Below are positions 56,903-64,000 of a DNA stretch of 64,000 nucleotides, one piece after another. Made by a program: the position numbers and the translations under genes. The stretch lies in the NCBI GenBank assembly GCA_965237905.1, contig OZ250172.1, positions 1,056,001-1,120,000 of the forward strand. The letters run 5' to 3'. The DNA is from Nitrospinaceae bacterium. Lineage in GTDB: Bacteria; Nitrospinota; Nitrospinia; Nitrospinales; Nitrospinaceae. Below the pieces are notes generated by a model that did not search any database, was not told the origin of the DNA, and worked only from the letters and a program-made list of their open reading frames with translations. The number at the start of each line of letters is the position of its first letter. Positions within the stretch are counted from its first letter, which is position 1.

Positions 56903-57685
56903 GTGAAAACCAACATTGCCCTCTACCAGGAAAGCCTGAAATCCGATCAGGTGGATTATGAAACCCCTTATGAATCCGTCGCCACGGACTTCTACCGGGA
57001 ATTGATTACAGGCGTGATCCATGATCGGTCTGCGCGCATTCTTGATTTAGGATGCTTCAAGGGTATCCTCGTGGACAAGTTGAGTGATTATTCAACGGTT
57101 GGGCTGGATGTCACCACCGCGGGGTTTATGAAACAAGGCAAATACGTTCTCGGTATCGGGGAGCAACTGCCCTTTAAAGACAATTCATTCGATTGCGTGG
57201 CGATGACGGAAGTCATCGAGCATATTCTGGAACCTGAGCGGGTTTTTGTGGAAATTCGCCGGATCCTCAAGGACGGAGGCTACCTCCTGATCACCCATCC
57301 CAACAAATACAACTTACTGGATGAAGCTCTCGAATGGTTTAAAGAGAACCGGTGGATTCGCAAGATGCTGAATCGGCCGATCTATCAGGGCGTTCAGCAC
57401 GTGCAATCGTTTTATTACAGCGACACCATCAAGGCGCTCCAGCCCTTTCATTTTAATATCCACTCGCGGCACGCCCTGACTTTTTCCCTGTTTCGCCTTT
57501 TTTCCATACTCGTGTATGGCCGCTTCAAATGGGACAACTCCTTTGAATTTCTCAAAAAGTTTATCAAAGGGGAACGATTCATCATCCAGCGTTTGGGACG
57601 GCTGGGCCAGCTTTTGTCCGGCAGTTGCATCATGCTTTTTCAATTGAAAAAATCGGGGTCCCCTCCCCCCACTCCTCAGCAATGA
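56903..57685 (+). CDS. Class I SAM-dependent methyltransferase
   Basis: ILDLGC, LPFKDNSFD, EVIEH and RILK.GG motifs. Confidence 0.9.
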   Translation: MKTNIALYQESLKSDQVDYETPYESVATDFYRELITGVIHDRSARILDLGCFKGILVDKLSDYSTVGLDVTTAGFMKQGKYVLGIGEQLPFKDNSFDCVAMTEVIEHILEPERVFVEIRRILKDGGYLLITHPNKYNLLDEALEWFKENRWIRKMLNRPIYQGVQHVQSFYYSDTIKALQPFHFNIHSRHALTFSLFRLFSILVYGRFKWDNSFEFLKKFIKGERFIIQRLGRLGQLLSGSCIMLFQLKKSGSPPPTPQQ

Positions 57686-58893
57686 AAAAGAAACTACTCT
57701 TATTCGCGTCGACCTTTCCCCGCTGGGAAGACGACACTGAAATTCCACGGTTCGTGTTCGAACTGGGAGTGGAACTGCGGAGATACTTCGAGGTGTACGC
57801 CTTGGCACCGCACACCCCCGGCGCGGCTAAATCCGAAAACCTGGAAGGGATTCAGGTCATCCGGTTCCCCTATTTTTATCCGGAAGAAAAACAACGACTG
57901 GCGTATGGCACCGGCATGATGGCCAGCCTGAAATCCGATCCCTGGACGTACCTGCAGGTGCCTTCCTTTTTATTCTGTCAATGGAGGGCCCTGCGCCGAA
58001 CCGTCCGCGAACATAACATCGACATCGTCAACAACCATTGGATGATTCCGCAAGGCTTCATCGCGTCCCTTCCCCCCCGACTGTACTGCAAACAGGTATT
58101 GACCATTCATGCCGCGGGATTGTTCGCATTGCGGCGCCTGCCTTTGGGCAAGTTCATGGCGCGGCGGATGGTCCGCCGGTCCGACCTCATTTATAGCGTC
58201 AGCTCCTACAACCAGCAGATTCTGGAACAACTGGTCCGGCACCCGGTCGACTGCCGGATTTTACCGATGGGCATCGACACGTATTATTATGAAAACCACT
58301 CCGATCCGGCCACGCTCCGCAATGAGTTGGGCCTGCCTGCCGGAAAAATTATTTTGTATGTCGGAAAACTGAACGAAAAAAAGGGCATCACCTATCTGCT
58401 CAAGGCCTTTCACTCCATTGCACAAAATCAGCCCGACTGCCATCTGGTCATCGTCGGAACCGGTTTGCTGGAAAGAGCACTCAAGCACGAAACTCAACGG
58501 TTGGAACTGGAATCACGCATCACCTTTGCCGGACAACAGGGCAAGCAGGCTGTACGAAACTGTTTTCAGGCGGCCGATCTGGTCGTCGTCCCGTCCATTA
58601 TCGATTCCACCGGAGAAACGGAAGGATTGCCCGTCGTCCTTTTGGAATCGCTCGCCTCCGGCAAACCGGTGGTCGCCACCCGTGTCGCCGGCGCGCCGGA
58701 TGTGATCGTCGACGGTCACAACGGATTCCTGGCCGAACCCAAAAACCCCAGCGATCTGGCGGAAAAGATGGTGCAGGCCCTGAACGCCGATGCGACTACC
58801 CTCTCCCAAAACGCGCGCGACTCCGTACAAAAATACGACTGGGAAATGATCGGCAAGGATTACCGCGACCGGATACTTGGCCTCTTCGATTAA
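57682..58893 (+). CDS. GT4 glycosyltransferase
   Basis: STFPRW, HW.IPQG, KKG and EGLPVVLLE motifs. Confidence 0.92.
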   Translation: MKKKLLLFASTFPRWEDDTEIPRFVFELGVELRRYFEVYALAPHTPGAAKSENLEGIQVIRFPYFYPEEKQRLAYGTGMMASLKSDPWTYLQVPSFLFCQWRALRRTVREHNIDIVNNHWMIPQGFIASLPPRLYCKQVLTIHAAGLFALRRLPLGKFMARRMVRRSDLIYSVSSYNQQILEQLVRHPVDCRILPMGIDTYYYENHSDPATLRNELGLPAGKIILYVGKLNEKKGITYLLKAFHSIAQNQPDCHLVIVGTGLLERALKHETQRLELESRITFAGQQGKQAVRNCFQAADLVVVPSIIDSTGETEGLPVVLLESLASGKPVVATRVAGAPDVIVDGHNGFLAEPKNPSDLAEKMVQALNADATTLSQNARDSVQKYDWEMIGKDYRDRILGLFD

Positions 58894-58926
58894 AACCTGC
58901 TATCCACAGAGTGAAGGAAACCGGAT

Positions 58927-59934
58927 TTATTTGCCGCGGAAGGTTTCCTGGGCTTCCTGGACCAGCCGCTCGATCTGGTGGGAGTGGCGCTTGGAATAAT
59001 GAAAGGTTTTCAATTGTTTGACCCCGGCTTCTTTTGCCAGCAGTCCCGCCTGGCGGGTGGTTAAATGGCACCGGTCCCGCGCCCGGTCTTCTTCTTCGGC
59101 AATAAACGGAGATTCACAAAAGAAAAGGTCTGCCTCGCGGACTAAATTGACAACACGCGGAATGTTCGTCGGCGAATACACCGTGTCCGTGATGTAGGCG
59201 ATTTTCTGCCCCGGCGTGATGGTCACCAGCTTTTCTTTGAGCGTGCCCAACGCATATTCCCGCGTCTCCTGCGCACCATTGACGCCCACCGGAACCTGAA
59301 CCACAAGGTCATCGGAAGCGCCTTCATAGATATTCTGCTTGACCCGGTTCAACCATTCACCCGGTTCGAGATGCATCGCCGTCAAACCATCCTTATTGAT
59401 GTTGACGTGAAATTTTTCTTTAATGGCGAAACCTAGACAAGGCACCCGGTGCTCCAGAATTTCCGCCGAAACGGATAATGCCGGTTCGTCCAGAATCACC
59501 CCGCCGCTGAACGGTTCTTCCCGTTCATCGCTTCTTTGAAATTTTTCAATGGCGCGGAACGTTGCTTTGCGCAATTGGTTGGGATGCACTTCCACCACTT
59601 CGAGTGTGAGGGACTCTTCGTAACGGTCGACCAGGTTCCAGGTGAACCCGGCCAGCTTGCCCTCGACATTGGCGATGAAATTTTCCGGACCGTACAAGGT
59701 GATCGCCTTTTCACGTCCAAATACAATACGCAGAAACCGGTCGAACCCAATGAAATGGTCGATGTGGGTATGGCTGACAAAAACGTGCGTCACCTTCAGC
59801 AGATCGGCATTGGTGAGCGGCGACGAATCTCCCAGGTCGAACAGAAACGCCCGCTTCTCGTACAAAAACTGCACGAACAAGCCGGGGTCGCCCAACGGAT
59901 CGTTCACAAGCGATGGATGTAAAATCGGTTTCAT
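58927..59934 (-). CDS. Ribonuclease Z-like metallo-beta-lactamase
   Basis: SHTHIDH, H.VP, YITDT, CES, HLT and FHYS.R motifs. Confidence 0.82.
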   Translation of the reverse strand: MKPILHPSLVNDPLGDPGLFVQFLYEKRAFLFDLGDSSPLTNADLLKVTHVFVSHTHIDHFIGFDRFLRIVFGREKAITLYGPENFIANVEGKLAGFTWNLVDRYEESLTLEVVEVHPNQLRKATFRAIEKFQRSDEREEPFSGGVILDEPALSVSAEILEHRVPCLGFAIKEKFHVNINKDGLTAMHLEPGEWLNRVKQNIYEGASDDLVVQVPVGVNGAQETREYALGTLKEKLVTITPGQKIAYITDTVYSPTNIPRVVNLVREADLFFCESPFIAEEEDRARDRCHLTTRQAGLLAKEAGVKQLKTFHYSKRHSHQIERLVQEAQETFRGK

Positions 59935-59949
59935 AGTTTGAACCACCGC

Positions 59950-61054
59950 TTAAGCAGTGACATTCTCCTTTAACAAATACGCTTCGATGAAACGGCCCAG
60001 ATCGCCGTCCAATACCGCATCGACATTACCCATTTCAACGCCGGTCCGCAAATCCTTGGCCAAGCGGTAAGGGTGCAACACGTAGGACCGAATCTGGCTT
60101 CCCCATTCGATTTTCCGCTTCTCCTTTTCCTTGGCCTTTTTCTCTTCGTCTTTCTTTTCCATTTCCGCTTCGTAGAGGCGAGCCCGGAGGACCTTCATGG
60201 CCGACGCTTTGTTCTTGTGCTGGGATCGTTCGTTCTGACATTGCACCACAATTCCCGTCGGCTGGTGAGTGATGCGCACTGCAGAGTCGGTGGTGTTCAC
60301 GCCCTGACCTCCCGGACCGGAAGCACGGTAGACGTCTATTTTAAGATCATCGGGATTGATTTCCACTTCGACATCCTCCGCCACTTCGGGATACACAAAC
60401 ACCGAAGCAAAGGACGTGTGCCGCCGCTTGTTGGAATCGAACGGCGAAATGCGCACCAACCGATGCACCCCGATCTCCGCCTTCAGATACCCGTAGGCGT
60501 AATCGCCGATGAAGTTGACCGTGGCGCTTTTGATCCCGGCTTCCTCGCCGTACTGCATATCGAGCACTTCCGTTTTATATTCGTTACGCTCGCCCCAGCG
60601 GATGTACATACGCAACAGCATCTCCGCCCAGTCCTGCGATTCGGTACCTCCCGCGCCGGAATTGATGGCGAGGATTGCGTTGTTGCCGTCACTTTCACCG
60701 GAAAGCATGGCCTTCAGTTCCGCCGCCTCCAACTGCTTTTTCAGATTGGAGACAATCGCCTCGCATTCGCCCAGCAGGGAGTCGTCCTCTTCCTCGGCCA
60801 GCAAAGTCAGCGTGGCATCCAGGTCATCGTTTTCCTTGGCCAGATCTTTCCAGAGGTTGACGCTACGCTGAAGGGCGGAGCGTTTTTGGACGGATTTCTG
60901 GGCGGCCTCGTTGTCGTTCCAGAAATTGGGAGCGGCCACTTCTTTATCGAGTGCCTCAAGTTCCTTTAATTTATTATCGACGTCAAAGAAACCCCCGGAT
61001 GCGGTCGATGCGTTGGGTCATTTCCTGATGCTGTTTTTTCAACTCGTCAATCAT
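59950..61054 (-). CDS. prfB: Peptide chain release factor 2 with programmed +1 frameshift
   Basis: MIDELKK...RGFL, then CTT-TGA-C at 60988-60982 after GGGGG; SPF and GGQ motifs. Confidence 0.97.
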
Positions 61055-61111
61055 GAATCACTCCCTGACTAAAATGTTAACCGGTTGTAATCTTCCCCAG
61101 AAAATTCGAGG

Positions 61112-62014
61112 TCACTTCGAATTCCGAATCGGGTAGGGATGGTTAAAAAACGGATCGTTCCGATTGTTCCGCTGAACCGCCTTGAAAAATTCCGAGGTCT
61201 CGAAGTCATCCTTGAACACAAAGCCGCTGGGCTCGATCGAATTCCTGCTTTCGATCATATCCATATTTTCGAGCCAGGACAAGTTTCGTTGAACGTTTTC
61301 CGGCAAATTAGAAATATATTTCCGGAGTGTCTCCAGGGACGCGCCTTCATCCTTGAGAATCGCCACACAAACCGTCGCCACACGTTCCGCATCTTCAAAA
61401 AAAGAGACCCGCTGAAATACTTCATCCAGAGTTTTCCGGTCGCGCGGTTTCAACGCATTGCTTTTTCCGTACAGGTTGGTGACCAGAATACCCTCTGCCT
61501 TGAGAGACTGAGCGATCTCCCGGTAAAACTCGACGGTCTTTAAATGATACGGAACCGATCCGCCTTTAAAAGCGTCCAGGAACACCATGCCATATTTTTG
61601 GCCGCACTGTTTGACAAAGGCCCGTCCGTCGTCCTCGAAAACCCGCAGATGCTTGTTTTCTTTGAAACCGAAATAGCGCCGGGCCAGTTCCGTCACGCGA
61701 GCGTCCACTTCCACCACATCAATCTTGATGTCCGGGTACACCTCGTTCAAAAACCGGGGAAGTACACCGCCGCCCAACCCGATCATAAGTATCCGGGATG
61801 GGTCCGGGTTCCACATCAAAGGAGCGAGGAGCAGACGCGTATAGATCAGGGCCAGGTCACCCGGCCGATCCAGATCGATCCGGGTCTGCAGATAGAACCG
61901 GCCATTACTCTGGAACCACATTTCCCTCAGGTTTTTCCGTTCAATGACAAAAATATTATTAAAGGGAGACCGGGTTTGGGTCAAAATTTTAAGTTGCTGG
62001 GTTTCCGTGGTCAT
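61112..62014 (-). CDS. Spermidine-synthase-like SAM-dependent transferase
   Basis: IGLGGG, VEVD, DGR.FV, LDAF and HL.T.EF motifs. Confidence 0.85.
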   Translation of the reverse strand: MTTETQQLKILTQTRSPFNNIFVIERKNLREMWFQSNGRFYLQTRIDLDRPGDLALIYTRLLLAPLMWNPDPSRILMIGLGGGVLPRFLNEVYPDIKIDVVEVDARVTELARRYFGFKENKHLRVFEDDGRAFVKQCGQKYGMVFLDAFKGGSVPYHLKTVEFYREIAQSLKAEGILVTNLYGKSNALKPRDRKTLDEVFQRVSFFEDAERVATVCVAILKDEGASLETLRKYISNLPENVQRNLSWLENMDMIESRNSIEPSGFVFKDDFETSEFFKAVQRNNRNDPFFNHPYPIRNSK

Positions 62015-62237
62015 AGTCCGCCTCTGGGACGGTCCGGAAGGGCTTCAAAAATAGCCCTGCCGTGCGCCTAATCAGCTGGTTTTGGCCAGCGAATACAAAA
62101 ATTTTTCAAACTGCCAACACTTATGATACCATGACCTTATTAGTCGATTTTTGATATTTCCCTGTAAATTCAAGTACCGGAGCCCTCTCCGGTGGTATTA
62201 AGTATCTTAAAACTTCTTCTGAGGATGGAGTCCTAGA

Positions 62238-63881
62238 ATGCCAAAAAGAGTCTTGAAACATAAAGTCGGGCTGGAGCACCACGGCATCAAAAACGTCAAG
62301 GAAATCTTCTGGAACCTGACCACCCCCGAATTATACGAACAAATTATAAGGAACCAGGAAGGAATTATTTCCCACCTGGGTCCTGTTTGCGTGAAAACCG
62401 GTGAGCACACCGGCCGCTCCCCTAACGATAAATTCATCGTTCAGGAGCCCACCAGCCAGGACAACATCTGGTGGGGCAAGGTCAATAAACCGTTTCCCGT
62501 CGATAAGTTTGACGCGCTGTATGCTCGCGTGCTGGCCTATATGCAGGGAAAGAATCTTTATGTGCAGGATTGCCTGGGCAGTTCCGATCCCAATTACCAG
62601 CTCCATATCCGCGTCATTACGGAATACGCCTGGCAGAGCCTGTTCGCCCGCAACATGTTTATCCAGATCAATGACCTGGAAAAACTGGAGAATCACACTC
62701 CGGCGTTCACCATTATTGGATTGCCTAATTTCAAAGCGGTTCCGGAAATCGACGGGACCAATTCCGAAACCTTCGTCATTGTGGATTTCAGCAAACAGCT
62801 GGTCCTGATCGGCGGTACCAAATACGCCGGGGAAATCAAAAAATCAGTTTTCTCCATTCTCAATTACCTGCTTCCCCACAAGCACAGTGTCCTGTCGATG
62901 CACTGCTCGGCCAATCTGGGGGACAAGGGAGACACCGCCATATTTTTCGGTCTGTCGGGAACGGGTAAAACCACCCTGTCGGCGGACTCCACCCGCAAAC
63001 TGATCGGCGACGACGAACACGGCTGGAGCGAAGACGGCGTGTTCAATTTCGAAGGCGGCTGTTACGCCAAGGTGATCAAGCTCCGCGAGGAAGCGGAACC
63101 GGAAATTTTTGATTGCACCCGGCGCTTCGGCACCCTTTTGGAAAACGTGGTGATGGACTACAACACGCGGCGGTTGGATCTGGACGATTCCAGTTTCACG
63201 GAAAACACCCGTGCGGGCTACCCGCTCACGCATATCAGCAACTCCGTGCCGGAGGGACGGGGCGGCCATCCCAACAATGTAATCATGCTGACCTGCGACG
63301 CCTACGGCATCATGCCGCCGGTAGCCAAGTTGACTCCCGAGCAGGCCATGTATCATTTCATTTCCGGCTACACCGCCAAGGTTGCCGGAACCGAACGGGG
63401 AATGAGCCGCGAACCGTCGGCCATTTTCAGCACCTGTTTCGGAGCGCCTTTCATGGCTCTGCATCCGTCGGTCTACGCCAACCTGCTGGGCGAAAGAATC
63501 GCAAAGCACAAGGTCGATTGCTGGCTGGTCAACACCGGCTGGACAGGCGGACCTTACGGCGTCGGCAACCGGATGGGGATCGCCCATACCCGCGCCATGA
63601 TCAATGCCATTCTGAACGGCGACCTGAAAAAAGTACAACTGAAAACGGACCCGATTTTCGGCCTGCAGGTTCCCGATTCCTGTCCCAATGTCCCTGAAGA
63701 AGTACTTGATCCCAGAGGCACTTGGAAAAATCCTAAAGCCTACGATGAAAAGGCCCAGGAGTTGGCGGCCCAGTTCATCGAAAACTTCAAGGAATACGAA
63801 GACAGTGTCGGGCCGGAAGTCATCGCGGCGGGACCGCAAATTCCCGCCGGCAAAAAAGCCGCAATCAAACAAATCAAGTAA
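62238..63881 (+). CDS. pckA: Phosphoenolpyruvate carboxykinase (ATP)
   Basis: GLSGTGKTTLS and LIGDDEHGW...FNFEGGCYAK motifs. Confidence 0.97.
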   Translation: MPKRVLKHKVGLEHHGIKNVKEIFWNLTTPELYEQIIRNQEGIISHLGPVCVKTGEHTGRSPNDKFIVQEPTSQDNIWWGKVNKPFPVDKFDALYARVLAYMQGKNLYVQDCLGSSDPNYQLHIRVITEYAWQSLFARNMFIQINDLEKLENHTPAFTIIGLPNFKAVPEIDGTNSETFVIVDFSKQLVLIGGTKYAGEIKKSVFSILNYLLPHKHSVLSMHCSANLGDKGDTAIFFGLSGTGKTTLSADSTRKLIGDDEHGWSEDGVFNFEGGCYAKVIKLREEAEPEIFDCTRRFGTLLENVVMDYNTRRLDLDDSSFTENTRAGYPLTHISNSVPEGRGGHPNNVIMLTCDAYGIMPPVAKLTPEQAMYHFISGYTAKVAGTERGMSREPSAIFSTCFGAPFMALHPSVYANLLGERIAKHKVDCWLVNTGWTGGPYGVGNRMGIAHTRAMINAILNGDLKKVQLKTDPIFGLQVPDSCPNVPEEVLDPRGTWKNPKAYDEKAQELAAQFIENFKEYEDSVGPEVIAAGPQIPAGKKAAIKQIK

Positions 63882-64000
63882 GCCCTCTACGGGTGGACTC
63901 CTGCCTGGAGGGGGAACGGGCTGACGGTTGAAGGCAAACGAAGACCACTGGGCGCAATACTGGGTTTTAAGTTATCAGCGGCGATTCGCCGCCACCGGGC

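Overview
A 64 kb chromosomal window from a bacterium of moderate GC content. Gene content (c-type cytochromes, an EbdC/NxrC-like heme protein, Moco genes, an alginate-export porin) suggests a Nitrospinota-like nitrite oxidiser, but this is an inference. Housekeeping genes include dgt, lhgO, a class V aminotransferase with serA, mobB-mobA with moeA, yajQ, an RNase Z-like gene, prfB with its +1 frameshift, and pckA. The most striking region is about 9.3-28.5 kb. It holds eight divergent DUF1566/Lcl (C-type-lectin-fold) genes (nine domains, seven genes without a signal peptide), interleaved with a UXX-star-like glutaredoxin and LRR, TPR and NHL repeat proteins. It is flanked by a SEC-C protein, a parvulin fusion, two radical SAM enzymes with non-canonical Cys spacing and a MidA-like methyltransferase. 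Two unrelated proteins in this cluster share a C-terminal SWEPDW motif encoded by different synonymous codons, and many members have acidic N-terminal tails. Other observations: an unannotated 34-aa membrane peptide gene with its own promoter, RBS and terminator; an outer-membrane beta-barrel array with a duplication scar; a decaying tandem duplication that frameshifts a SurA-like gene; a poly-T-split glycosyltransferase; two sigma-54 promoters; and REP-like palindromes. No rRNA, tRNA, CRISPR array, transposase or reverse transcriptase was seen.
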